Assembly (NCBI GenBank): GCA_903813345.2
Contig: CAIIXF020000001.1
Coordinates: 44,702,001-44,766,000, forward strand
Length of the DNA stretch: 64,000 bases
Reading direction: 5' to 3'
Source of the DNA: Owenia fusiformis
Lineage: Eukaryota
Under the pieces are notes generated by a model. It was not told the DNA's origin. It saw only the letters and a list, made by a program, of their open reading frames with translations, and searched no databases. The position numbers and the translations under genes are program-made. Shown here one piece after another: positions 13,610-60,619 of the stretch (within the stretch, counting starts at the first letter, position 1; each line of letters begins with the position of its first letter).

Positions 13610-16600
13610 ATCATGCTAAACTATATACAACAGTTATGCACTTGGAGGTTTTGGATACAGGGAATATCCCGAGGGATATATAATATATCTTCCCTTGGTC
13701 CCTCGGGAAGATATATTGTATATCCCTCGGGATATTCCCTGTATCCAAAACCTCCAATTGCATAACCCCTATATATTGGCCAAGGGATAATCCCAATATC
13801 CTGAACCGACTATAGGATAATATGTTTATCCCATACCAATATTGGTCATCTGGTTCACATTGTTAAATCGTGGAAACATTTTAGAATATTCATGTCCAGT
13901 TTTGTTTTCTTGGCCGTGGGCGGATTTTCATGTTCTCTCAAATATTCCCATATTTATTTTCTCGAATTTTTTAGTGATTAAGTGGATGCTCTTTCCCTTT
14001 TTTTAACTATCAAACAGACCCTGATTGTCTGTGTTTTCTCCATTGCCGTTCACAGTCATTCCGCGAACGTTACAAATTATGAACAAATATGCAAGCGGCG
14101 ATTATGACGTAGCGGGCAGATATACTATATCTGCCGCTTGGAGCGGGACGTAAAGCTTCATCCCATGGTTGCAAGGAGGATATAGATCGAATATCACATG
14201 ATGATATATTTGATATGTGGATCAAGATATCATATTTTAGCAAACAATTTACAAACCATCGAATATCACTTTTAAACTATCGAATATCACATCTTAAATA
14301 GAGGATATCCTATGATTTATGAGTGATATGATTTTTATCCATGAATGGATATGATATCTGCACGAGTGAGCGTAGCGAGAGAGTGGATTAAAATAATATC
14401 ACGAGTAAATCATAGGATGTTCTTTATATTCCATAGATAAAGTCATCATCAGAATCGTCGGGAATTAAGTGATTTTAAACGATTTTTCCAAACGATACGG
14501 CGATATTGACACTTAGCCTCGTTTTGAGTCTGAAGTAGCAAAAATCCATAAACCATGGCATACGACGCCGTATTCCATACCTGATGAGGTTTCAGGGACA
14601 TATCAACCGGCAATATATTCCATATCCGGGCAAATATTTTTCGTATGTCCCGCTCCAACGGAGCTCCGGGACATATAAATCGTATGTCCCGCTCAAAAAA
14701 AAATGTTGAAAAAAAAAATTCGGGAAAAAAAATTTGAAAATAAAAATTTGAAAAAAAATTGTGTAAAAAGATTTTGAAAAAATGTTGATAATTCTGAAAA
14801 AAATTATGCAAAAAATGTGAAAAAAATTGGGAAAAAATGTGAAAAAAATTTTGGGATTTTTTTTTCATTTTTGAAAAAAATTGAAAACAAATATGGAAAC
14901 AATTTGAATTTTTTTAAAAATGATAACATATTTTGCAAGTAAACACACCAGAGCATATGGGATACATGCTTATTATTTCAAACCTCTTCAGGTATGGAAT
15001 ACCTACAGTTATGCATGGTCGGTTTGGATACAGGAAATAACCCTTGGGATATACAATATATCTTCCCTTGGTCCCTTCGGTCCCTCGGGAAGATATATTG
15101 TATATCCCTCGGGTTATTCCCTGTATCCAAAACCTCCCAGTGCATAACCCCTATGTATGTCATGGCTAAAACACCGTATGCTATGGTTAAGTGAAAAGAA
15201 GGAGGGAAATTAGTGCAACAGATTTTGGACAGTCATATTTTGGATTTTGGCCATTTTCTGAGGATTTAAACAATTGCATATGTTAGGCCAATGCATTACC
15301 CCCAGGAAAATCACTTCTAGAGATGATAAAATAATTTCGACTTTGAGACAGGGTAGATGCAAACAACCCACCCACATGTTTTTTTCTGAAATGTTTTCCT
15401 AATTTTCGACCCCTTCCACCCCTGCTTTTTCAATTTTTCTTGCATCAATATGTTGTTCTTTAAAGGAATAAGTGATTCCTTTAGGGGTTTTAAAGATACC
15501 CATTATGGGTGACCAAACTTAGCTGAAAGCAATGGTTTTTCCTATGGGAAAATAACATGGGAAATATTGTTTTCCACTTTATCTAAAAGGAATCATTTAT
15601 TCCTTTTAAGGGATTATCTGTGTGTCAAAATGCTACATATCAATGCAAGAAAAATTAATAAAAAAGCAGGGATGGAAGGGGTTGAAAATCAGGAAAACAT
15701 TTCAGAAAAAACATGTGGGTGGGTTGTTTGCATCTACCCTGTCTCAAAGTCAAAATTATTTTATCATCTCTAGAAGTGATTTTCTTGGAGCTAATGCACT
15801 CGCCTAACATATGCACCTGTTTAAATCTCCAGGAAATGGCCAAAATCAAACATATGACTGTCCAAAATCTGTTGCACTAACTTCCCTCCTCCTTTGCCAA
15901 AAATATCATATTTTACCACTGATTTAAAAAATACCGTTTTTATTTTGACATGTTATCCTATGGATATCATGATAACTATGGAATAATATAGGAATATCCT
16001 ATGGCTCTGAAAAAATATCACTTATATCCATGAGTGGATATTGATATCTTCGCGAGTGAGCGCAGCGAATGAGTGAAGATATTGATATCCATGAGTAGAT
16101 ATAAGTGATATTTTTGAAAAAGCATAGGATTGTCCGTTTATCCCATTGGGAATTATTATCCCGCGAATATTGAATAGTCAGATAAATTGCAATGGAAATT
16201 CCATTTCGTCTGAGATTTTGATTGCGATAATTCAACGAACGTCATATACGTGACGTAACAGAGTGGTTTGTATTTAATGCGAACGCCGTAAAAACAAGAT
16301 CCCAAAAAAATAAAAATATATAATAAATATATAAACAATCGTTTTGCTGAATTAATAAAAAAATTGAAAAAATCAAAACCATCGAATATCACTTTTGAAA
16401 CCATCGAATATCACTTTTGAAACCATCGAATATCACCTTTCAAAAAGTGATATTCGATGGTTTCAAAAGTGATATTCGATGATTTGGGAATTGTTTGCTA
16501 AAATATGATATCTTCATCCACGTATCAATTATATCTTCACGTGATATTCGATCTATATCCTTGTAACCATGGGATAAATAAGGGTTATGTACTGGGAGGT

Positions 16601-17515
16601 TTTGGATATGGGGTTTTTCCAGAGTGAGATATGCATATCTACCTGAGGGACCGTAGGGACAGAAAGTAGATGTGCATATCTCACGAGGGATGAACCCAAT
16701 ATCCAAACCGACCGTACATAACTGCTTTATCCTATACCAAGTAGAGTTTTTAGTAGTACAAGGTGTAAAAAATAAACAAATCATTCATATGCAAAGTCAT
16801 TTTATTGCATTTCCACTTTTTTGGAAGCGGGAAGATACGCCCCGAAGCGGGAAGATATGCACCGAAGCGGGAGATATGACGGGAGATATGGAGGTTCTTG
16901 ATATGGAAACCTCAAAATCAGAATACAGGATATATCTTACCAACTTATCTCCCTAAAACCCTACTTGGCATAGGATAAATAGAGATTATCCTATATGAGG
17001 TTCAGGATATTGGGATTATCCCGAGGCTAATATAATATATTTGCCCGAGGGCCGCAGGTCCCGAGGGAAAATATATTATATTGGCCAAGGGATAATCCCA
17101 ATATCCTGAACCGACTATAGGATAATATGTTTATCCCATACCAATCTTGGTCATCTGGTTCACATTGTTCAATCGTGGAAATATTCTAGAATAGTCATGT
17201 CCAGTTTTGTTTTCTTGGCCGTGGGCGGATTTTTTTGTTCTCTCAAATATTCCCACATTTATTTTCTCGAATTTTTTAAGTGAATGCTCCTTCCATTTTT
17301 TAAACCATCAAACAGATCGCCGTTGTCGTTTACAGTCATTACGCGAACGTTACAAATTTTGAACAAATATGCGAGCGGCGATTATGACGTAGCGGGCAGA
17401 TATACTATATCTGCCCGCTCAGAGCGGGACGTAAAGCTATATCTGCCCGCTGATGAAAATATAAGTTTTTACAAACCGGCTTTATGTACCTGTAACACGT
17501 CCAAGTATGGGATAA
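13610..17515. mobile_element. Cluster of nested non-autonomous elements built from palindromic modules (possibly Crypton-like)
   Basis: Palindromes of about 130-160 bp at 13630-13770, 14300-14430, 15005-15155, 15985-16130, 16575-16735 and 16975-17140; about 380-bp direct duplication 13775-14155 versus 17078-17440; 22-bp AACCATCGAATATCACTTTTGA repeats at 16377-16480. Confidence 0.7.
15195..15895. mobile_element. Foldback-type MITE with inverted arms of about 290 bp
   Basis: GGAGGGAAATTAGTGCAACAGATTTTGGACAGTCATA... mirrored by ...TATGACTGTCCAAAATCTGTTGCACTAACTTCCCTCC; no clear TSD. Confidence 0.8.
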
Positions 17516-18682
17516 ATCAAGATAATTTCTACTCGCATCTAGTCTATTCCACATGTTTGGGAAAAGTGTACAGGAAAATCTCCATGTTCAATTACTCAGA
17601 TGCGAGTAGGTAGTTACCAGTTTCGCCACCATGTGGCTGATTCGGGGGAAATAACATGGCAAGGTATTACAAAATTCCCTTAAACTTGAATATGCATCAG
17701 TTTTAGTGGTTCACTTTTGAAATTACCCTTATCGTATGTGATAGTTATACAAATTAAAATATGTCCAGTAAAAGAAAATATTATCTGCCCAACACAAGAA
17801 ACGATATTTCGCTTTTTGTAGTTTTACAACATGGGGTCTATGGGGAATCTCCCCGACCTAGAAATCACATTGTCAAAGAAAATTAAATTTTCAAAGTTGA
17901 TAAACTATTTTCAAAACCACATTTTTAGATGACATTTTATATGTAGATTCCAAATATGACACCAGTTTGACAGAATTGTGAATTTTTAATGACGTAAATC
18001 AAGATTATTTCTACTCGCATCTAGGATATTGATGTATGATCAATATATACGAATCGAATGTATTATCGTGTGCATTACAATATCCACATTGAAACATTTT
18101 TGGCCTGCAATGGACGTATAATGAATTAGAATATGAGGCCGTGTTATCATTCTAATGTAAAGTCATTGTATTTACTGTGGTATTGGGTTGCAAGTTAATA
18201 TCAGATTCAATGCAAATTAATCATCTAATATCAGATGCGCGATCAGTCCTATAATCTAATTTCAGGTCATCAGTTCGATATCTAGCACTTGTTCTAACGA
18301 CACGGTATTACTAGGCTATCATATTATAAATACACACACATATAAAACAATCAAACTGGTACACGATATAAGCACGACTGCTCTTTCAATTGAGTATAAA
18401 TGTTGATAAACTTACCCGGAAGCCAAGACATACACGTTTAGACGATGCTATTTTCAGTTCAGTGTAAGAGTAAATGCCCGGATATCGAGGCTTTTTCGTG
18501 TAAAGTTTTAACCAAGCATCTAAAATCGGGTTATATTGCGTGTAGAATTTATCGATATCAGGGCCGCTACATGCCAGTGAGCTCTGTACACTTGTAATAC
18601 CTACTGTGACATAATAATCTTTTTGGATGGTCTATATGATAACAGTTGATATATTTCAAAGTACTGTAGTTCATATATTTTT

Positions 18683-19240
18683 TTATTTTCCCAATGGACG
18701 AAGTTCGGTAGGGATAAAGTGAAGCCCTCCGTCTGTCAGTCCGTTCGTCCATCTGTCCATCCATCCGTCTATCATTTTATCCGTCCCTCTGGAAGGTAAC
18801 TCAAATACTAGTAAACAGATTTGCTATAAAATTGGTGGAAAGACGTATATTGGACCATTGGTGAATAGTTTTCTGCAAAATCATTTTTCAAGATGGCCGC
18901 CTCTTTAGAAATGACGGGAATATTTAGGCAAAAATCTTTAGATTTTCATTTTAAACCAAAGAAATGAATATCATTGTTTGAAATTTTGAAAGTATTTTTA
19001 GAACATCTATCTTTGTCACATATAATCCGAGTTTTTCAATTAGATCTAATATATTTTCTTTATTATTTGTGCCTTTGAAACTCTTAAATGGTCACCAAAA
19101 TACTTAAATATCTCTAATGTATGTAATTTGTTATCTACCAACTATATTTTCAAGGGAAGAGTAGAAATACAGATTCATATAATATATGTTATAGTGTTCG
19201 TTGGGATTTGTTACTCCGTTGATTTGCTTTTTTCTAGTTC
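18683..19240 (+). mobile_element. Helentron-associated (HINE/DINE-1-like) element, family 2
   Basis: Starts in a T-run, 5' block followed by a CCGT/CTGT/CCAT microsatellite (18728-18770), ends near CTAGTT; ends approximate. Confidence 0.5.
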
Positions 19241-19424
19241 TTATTTGTGCATGACTGAAGTCAGAAGTTACTTTCAAAAGCAAAATTCTTTATTTTTATT
19301 GGCAAACTAAACTCACCGCTTTATATACCATAGAAAGATTTTCTTTAAGGTACATTCTGTACTTTACATTTTTAGTTGTCCTTATCACTAAAAATGCTTG
19401 TCCTGAAATCAAATTATCACATCG

Positions 19425-19940
19425 GATAATATGAGGTTATATAATGGTTCTTTCTGTATATCGTGTTTATACTCGAGTGAGTATATGATATATTCACAAG
19501 TGAGCGTAGCGAACGAGTGAATATATTATATTCTCACGAGAGTATAAAATTCACGATATACAGAATGAACCATTATATAATCTTATTATGCCACTCTAAG
19601 TTCAATTACAGTTGATTCGAACACAATCATAACAATTAAAAACCATAAAAATATCCCATAGCCAACTCAATAATGCTGATGTTGATCTCGAACCATTTAT
19701 GACGTTGCTTGATTCTAGCAAATCATGCCGGAACCATTTATTAGGTCACTTGATTCTAATAAATCATGAAAATGTTCATGATTTTTTTATTCATTAGTTC
19801 CCAGAATGCACTTCTACAGTGGTATACGCTAGAGTGTATACGGAGGAGTTGTATACGATGACGATATACCACTCTCCACTGTATATCGTTGTTATAGACC
19901 CATGTTATACAACTGTAATTGGACTTAGAGTGGTATAACA
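19425..19940. mobile_element. Palindromic-module element related to those in the 13.6-17.5 kb cluster
   Basis: Palindrome 19430-19590 centred on GAGCGTAGCGAACGAG; CCACTCTAAGT at about 19591 versus ACTTAGAGTGG at about 19923. Confidence 0.6.
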
Positions 19941-20079
19941 GAGTATAGTATTGTCATCAATTCAGCATACTATTGGCAAAAGATGCATGAGGTATTACAT
20001 GTGACTTTGTCTTAAACAATATTAATACAAAAATGAATATAAATTTGTTTTTTTTTCTATTTAAGTAATTTATCTAATT

Positions 20080-20445
20080 AGGGTCTCCATTTTTTGTGAC
20101 AGCGCTTGACAGACTTTATATTTAAGATTTGACCTTCAGTGACCTGTTCAAGGTCAAAAAAGGTCAAAAAGGTCAAAAAGGTCTTTTTTCAACTTGCTTC
20201 AAATTGACCAATTTCTTTTTTCAAAATCATGTACACGTTATCAGAAGTTCAAATCTGACTTTAAATTTGAGTTTTTACCTTCAATGACCTTCTCAAGTTC
20301 AAAAAAGGTATTTTTTCAACTTGCTTCAAATTGACCAATTTTTTTTTTCAAAATCATCTACAAGTTCTCAGGAATTCAAATTAGATTGAACTAATGATAT
20401 TGTGAGCAACTAGGTGGTGACATTTTGTCACATTAATGCCTTGCA
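20080..20445 (+). mobile_element. HINE-like element family 1, copy A
   Basis: Internal repeats TGACCTTCAATGACCTT...GGTCAAAAAAGGTC; 3' block CAACTAGGTGGTGACATTTTGTCA...AATGCCTTG. Confidence 0.7.
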
Positions 20446-20998
20446 CGTGTTAAGCAGTTCATAATGCGTGTTTTGACAAACTTGTAGTGCATTGTATCAG
20501 TTGTGTATGAATGGTCACAAAGCTGGTTAATTAATTGGAATTACAAATATTATTTGAAGCTTGCGCTAAAAGCAAAACAAGACTGATTGGGAAGCTAAGA
20601 TAATGTTACAATTTGGGAGGATAAATTGATACAGCACAGAATTAATTTTAAACGTGCTCAGTTAACATAATAGTTCAATACAACTGTAGCTATAATAGGC
20701 CTGCATGGCTGATACAGACAGGATGATATATCATTATAAGGCTGAGTATTGAATATAAGGCTGCTTTAGAAGTGCCGTAGTGCCGGATCGCAGAAGAGTA
20801 GTTTTTGAGGTGAAGTTAATTATAAGTGTATTATAAAATCTCCAAGTCAATCAAATCAATTATCTGCTGACTTAACCACGTCAGCCCAAGTGATTGGTTA
20901 TATATATCAGAATATAACACGCTGGGATAGATAATAGAAGGATTGTTTTAATTCAGGTGCAGTGACGGAAGATCCCGCCCTGACGTGAAGCCGTGAAG

Positions 20999-54232
<33,234 letters not shown>

Positions 54233-57200
54233 ATCATCTTAAATATAAATAACGGAAGTTCAAAATATGAAGAATGGATGAAGGAAATGGGTGTTTTAGG
54301 AGAATGTGTTATATGGCTTGAGGCAATATGTCAACAATACTCACAAAGTAGGTTACAATTTAAGTGGACATTTTGGAGAAGAAACCATTTAGAGAAATAA
54401 CATTAGTGCCATTAATTATAGCATTCTTTGATTGATAGAATATGAAGTGAGAAATCTTAAATAATTTTGTATTTGCTGTGAAATTGAACACTTCTGTCTT
54501 ATGGTATAAGCTACAGGTTGTGAGTGGTCATAATCTCAGAAACATTTGCAACGAAAAATTGAACATGCCTCTAAAAACAAACCTGCCAAAAATTGAGGAT
54601 GATCATTAAAATCAAATTCAACGTTGAAAGTTTGACGGATGATGAAAGATGCTATTTAAGTGTACGATAAACTAGTCACATGAGAAATTAATCAAAGTTA
54701 TCGTTGAGTCCAACTTACTGGCGCAAATAATTGTTATTCGAATTGCGTGTGTTCTGCAAACAAGCGACATCTACTTTTTAAAATGTTGCCCAAACCAGAT
54801 ATAAAAATGAGACAGAAAATGAGGTATCCTGTCTATCTGTTTTATTGCAACTCTTCCTTGACCTTTATACTGATCTCCCGGTGTGTCTTCTTTAGGAGAT
54901 CAAGAATGTCTCATTACAGTACATAATGGCAACACAAACATCAGTTTAACATGCAGAAAATTAAATTATTTTAGTCTTGCATCAAGTTTCTGCTCCCCTT
55001 TTTATTTATATTTCTAAGTGTTAAAGAGAATATTAGAGGTCAACATAGGGGTTCTCTATTTGTACACCTTAACAGGGACTTAATGTAAGATTATTTAACC
55101 TAAGTGGGATATTTTATTTTATTTGGACACAAAAACACATACGAAGGGAGTATCCACACCCTGTCATATTGTGTGCTATAACATGGATCATGGTTACTTA
55201 TTGAGGTGGTCTATTGAGACTGACTTGTATTGAAGCTTGCAAAGATGCCCCTCAAGGGATACTGCCCAGTGGCCATGTATACATTTTGATGCATATTTAC
55301 TTATGTGAGAAATGCCTAAAAGATCAAAATGCCGCCATAGGTGGCTTGTGTCATGTTGAAGTTTGTTGAACAACATTACTGTGTAGCGCTAATGTTAACT
55401 ATGACTTGAACGTGAAAATCTATTTTTGATATGCCATCTATTTATGTATATGTCTCTGTACATGCATTACGATGCATTATGATGCATTACTGTATGTGTA
55501 CTTTGCATGTCTAAGAGGAATCTTAGACTGTAGAACTAAATGTGTGAAGTAGCTGTTATATTATGAAGTCTCAGCTAGTACAGATCAATCAAAGAACTGG
55601 AGGCTAATCTCAAATATGTCATGGTTTTGCCCTATATGTAGTTAGATTAATTAATTTATGTGAAAGAAAAGACTCCAGGAAAATGTTATTGTCTGTGGTT
55701 GGTCAAAAGTGCATATGAAGCCGATTTATAATAGTAGGATATTTATTTAGGGTAACCTTTTGTGAACTTCAATTTGTGGGAGGTGATCGCCATAATATAT
55801 ATAACACTGGGCATTAGCTAGGTAATAGGTAGGCATAGCCTTCCATATATTGTGTTTTGGTACAGTGTACTTTCATGTAATGGGATGCACTCCTCATTCC
55901 GAATATACTGGTACATTGACTGCACAAATGTGATAATACCATCCCTTAAAAGTCAATGATAATACTAATAAACATGGATTCAGAAAATATACAATTGTAA
56001 ATTGACTTGTATTGATATTTAACCAGAGCTTAGTTATTTTAGTTCAGTTTAAGACATATTTTTGAAAGAATGAGGAAACTGCTCTAACTTTGGTCAAGGC
56101 ACCTTGTTCATTCAGTCAACAGTAAGTCAGAAATGCACAGAAATGTACAAAAGTTAGAATTATATTTTAAATTATTTATTTACATAACATTATGTCTTAT
56201 TTATGTTTACATATTCATTACTGAACTTGTGAGAATAAGTTTACAAATATTATACAGTAGTCTCGCATCAAGCCCTCCCCATATCTGTCCTCCTATAAAC
56301 CTTCCCCTATACATGTCCACCCCCTGTAAAACTCAACTCTCTTGGGTTGAAGTAAGTGTATGGGAGGAGCGGGGGGGGGGGCTCCAGAGACTTAATGCAA
56401 AACTAGTTGTATAGCAATAATACAGACGATGTATGACATCAAATTTTCAAACCATATTGTCTGTAGTTATATTACATTCATATAATGTGATTGAATGATT
56501 GTTACTATCTAGTATGCTGCACATCTGTATATCATGACAATTAAACTTTATCTCAATTATTTATTTTTGCAATAATTTGTTTTATCTTTTAGACATTGCT
56601 AATTAATTAATAACTGTAAAACCACAAATAGAAAAAGTCTATGGGAGATGGGAGATTCATTGAGATAGACTTAAGTCTTTAGGTTTGATTCCTAAAATTC
56701 GACCAGTTCATAAATGACTCATTATTTATACATGTATATAGTAATACCACAAGGAAGCATAATAGAAAATAATGGGCACATAGGGGTCGTCTCAACCTGA
56801 TACAATATATCTCATTGTAATGGGAGGAAAATGGGCCATGGGGTTCAGTACCTTCATCAAGGTATACTCATTTATTTAAGAAGTAATCATGGCTCTGATG
56901 CAATCAAAATTGAATATTAATTCCTCGTATCATTTAACAACGATCACATTTTGTATTAGAACACTGATTGTGACCTCCCATCGCATATTGTATCCATTTC
57001 TAGGAACAAATTATGGAAGAGATGTGGGTTGAAGTATTTATGACTAATTCTCTGACAACTTCATTGGCCATATATTTGTGTTATAACAGTGTAAAAAGTA
57101 TCACTAGATGTTTTCAAAAATGTACAAATTGTAACTTTTCTACCATGTTGGTGATATACATGTCATGTGTAACTATTTATTATTATATTCATATATGTCA

Positions 57201-57394
57201 TGAGGTGAGACAATAAAAGGCTAAACAGCAGAATCATAATTGTATTTGTCTGTCGGCTAAATGTTAGAAATAGAAATCAGTCTCTTATTATCTCTCTTCA
57301 TTGAGGATACATGTATACAGGTATATATTATATATAATTATTCCTGTGAAAATAGAATCTGTAAATGTTTTTTGAGATCTTGGATTTCTTATGA

Positions 57395-58140
57395 ATCCAC
57401 ATATTGTTATGGTCTCCATTTTTATACGGCTGATGGTTGGTGGTTGGCGTCTGTAACAAATTCTTACAACTTCCAATAACTTAACAAATACTGTTTAGAC
57501 TGACTTCAATTTTTTTCAAAACCTTCTACAAGTTTTCAGAACTTCAAATCTGACTTTATATTTAATATTTGGCCTTCAATGATCTTTTCAAGGTCAAATA
57601 AAGGTCAAAAAAGTGTTTTTTGAACATGCATCAAATTGACCAATCATTTTTTTCAAAATCATTTACAAGTTATCAGAAGTTCAAACCTGACTTTAGATTT
57701 GAGATTTGACCTTCAATGACCTTCTCAAGGTTAAAAAAGGTCAAAAAGTCATTTTTCCAACTTGCTTCAAATTGACCAATTGTTTTTTCAAAATCATCTA
57801 CAAGTTCTCAAAAGTTCAAACCTTACTATAGTTTTGACATTCAATGACATTCTCAAGGTCCAAAAAAGATTTGACCTTCAATGACCCTTTCAAGGTAAAA
57901 AACTAGGTGGTGACATTTTGTCATGTTAATGTCTTGTACGTCTCTGCTCCAGCATACATAACAAAGGATAGATTTGAGATTTCACCTTCAATGATCTTCT
58001 TATGTTCAAAAAAGGTCTTTTTTCAACTTGCTTCAAATTGACCAATTTTTTTTTCTCAGAAATTGAAATCTGACTTAAGATTGAACTCATAATACTGTGA
58101 GCAACTAGGTGGTGACATTTTGTCATGTTAATGTCTTGTA
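57395..58140 (+). mobile_element. HINE-like element family 1, copy D, with expanded internal repeats and a duplicated 3' end
   Basis: About 3 units of a roughly 135-bp internal repeat; 3' block occurs at 57901-57936 and again at 58103-58138. Confidence 0.75.
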
Positions 58141-58924
58141 TATTTCTGCTCCAGCATACATTACATAGGATATTGCTAGAGAAGACAACTCATTCACACA
58201 TTGCAGTTTTAAGTCAACCAACAGAGGACAACGCCAGTAAAGGAAATGTCAATTTTGAGGATCGAACATATAGAAACTTTGAATCAATCAAAAATGTCGA
58301 GTCTAAATCAAAAACTAAATGCTTTGACCAACTTGAGGGAAATATTAATTTAGTCATATTACATAATAACTGTGCAGACAAGATCTTTTCACAACAAATT
58401 CTTACAACTTCCTATACTGAACAAATACTTTTGGTCATCCAAATTCTTTAAATTCGTTGGAGGAATCCACCTTTCCTTTTAGGAAATAGAACATGTATCA
58501 ACGCACATTCGAATTATGCGTTCAACAATATAATAAAGGTTGCATTTTTGATGAAAATTAGATTAACATTATTACAAAAGTATGTTGATTGGTCCATTGC
58601 TCCTTTACTATCACTTTTGATTAACTTAATTATCATTATATATACTTTTCTTGAACATAATGAATGGGTCTAAAAGATACACCCATGTTCATGATCAGAA
58701 AATATTCATAATTCAAGTTAAAATCGTCTAAAATTGTTTGCGATAATCTCCTTTAATGTTATTTCCAAATGTTAAATAGTTGAATGTGGGTGTGGCTCCT
58801 GAGGTCAAAGGTCAGATTTTCAAGTCTGTAATTTCAAGTTGAGAACATTCAACTAAATATGAAAAAATAAAAACAATGGACTCTGACCCCTAATTTTTAT
58901 TTTCAAGTAACAAATTACTCCCTT

Positions 58925-59341
58925 GTAAAAGTAACCTTCAAATCTGAACCTTTCTAATTAAATTCGAACAGTGAACATTTATTGAAAAATTAGCCTGTGT
59001 AATCCGAACACTTTTCACAAAATATCACATATTTCTTGCATAATGGCTCAAATATTAAAAAAACACAGTTATGATATCAAAACTTTGGAAAAAACATCAA
59101 ATTGTCCCAATTATAATCTGAACGGGTCTTTCGTGCGTTGTAAAATTCATTTGAATTTCGGAATGCCATGAAGCTATGTGGTCAATAGAAATATTAATAT
59201 TCATTAAGAATTTTTATTTCTTTAAAATCCAGAATCGATCTTCCGGATGAAAAAAATCGAAATCCGAACAGCTCTTAATCCGAACGCTTTTAGCAGTTTA
59301 GCCGGTCCCAATCGCGTTCGGATTAGACAGGCTTTATTGTA
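58925..59341. mobile_element. pogo/Tigger-like MITE (right end intact)
   Basis: Repeated AATCCGAAC motifs; right end GTTCGGATTAGACAGGCTTTATTG-TA; left boundary approximate. Confidence 0.55.
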
Positions 59342-60619
59342 CTGTTTGAAATTATTCTGAATTCACTTCTTTGAAAATGGTATCTTTCTTCTTAAAACTG
59401 AGGAACTTTTGGCCTGGACCCACTTGGAAGCATTTTGCATTCATGATCTGACCTTCCCCCTAAATGATTGTTCACCCCCGTACATTTTCCCACGAACATT
59501 AACGACCTTATTTGTATATGCCAAAATGTCCTCAATTGATATATCTTCATGTACCTGTAAATGTTTAAAAAAAGAGAACATAAACTGTACAGTTAATTTT
59601 GATGAATATATCGTTTTATACATAGTGTCTTATAGGCCGAACACAGCCTGGGTTAAAAGTGCCCAAAACAATAGTTCGCTGTGAAAAGTTAATGTCAGTA
59701 ATGTCCTTACTATTGAATTCAACAAGGCCATTGATTTTTTAATCACTTTTGAATTAATAATGTGGCTGATGAGAGTATTTCTTTACAAATGCATATTTAG
59801 CATTCCAAATGTTGGGGTGTCTATAATCACTTTCCACTCCACAGACCCCACTGACTCTGATTTTTCTCCCGATTGTTTTAGAAACCCTGTTTTCTCCTAC
59901 ACTTTGCATTCGTTTGACTTCACTGTAGTTTAGCTAGACTCTGCACGCAGGGTAGTTTTCTCCCGATTATCAAGAAAGAAAAGGAGCCCCGATATCGATT
60001 TTCACCCCGATTTTTTCAAACAACCCTGATTTTCCCGATTTCCCACAAGCCATCCTTCTATTTTCCAGACAGATAACCTTTTTTGCATATTCCCAAATGT
60101 TTGTCCAGTGTGGTACCGGAATTATGATGATACCTTCTTTCAAATTTTAGATATAATTTTTTTATTCTCCCCTATCCCCAATTTTTCAATTTCACTATTT
60201 CGATGTGTGTGCCGTTGCTAGGTGGTTGCTAGGCAACAGCATGGACCGAAATTATATTGGAACAATACCAAGTCATACATTCATACATATACATACTAAA
60301 TCACTGATTGGCATTTGTTGTTCATCTTGAAATATGAATGCTAAAGACAAAAACAAGTTGAACTTGAAATTGCTGACTAATCAATTCCATGTTACATTGA
60401 AAATGGGATTTCGCGATACCAGCTATCTTTAAAAGTGTACAACTTCAGTTCTAGAAAAGCTTTCCAAATGATATCAAATGGTGAAAACATATTCTGGGAA
60501 AGCATGCTTTAATGGGAATAACGACAATACTTATTCCGGAAAGATAAAGATGATTTATCCCTAGGTTTATCATTGTTTGACAAAGGACGAAAAATTGATA
60601 TCTTATTGCAGAATTTTTA

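Noticed and set aside
14449..14868. 139-aa Phe-rich ORF (and the similar 49007-49408)
   Set aside because: Translation of A-rich low-complexity tracts inside repeats.
16377..16480. CRISPR-like array
   Set aside because: The 22-bp units are directly adjacent with no unique spacers, the context is eukaryotic, and there are no cas genes.
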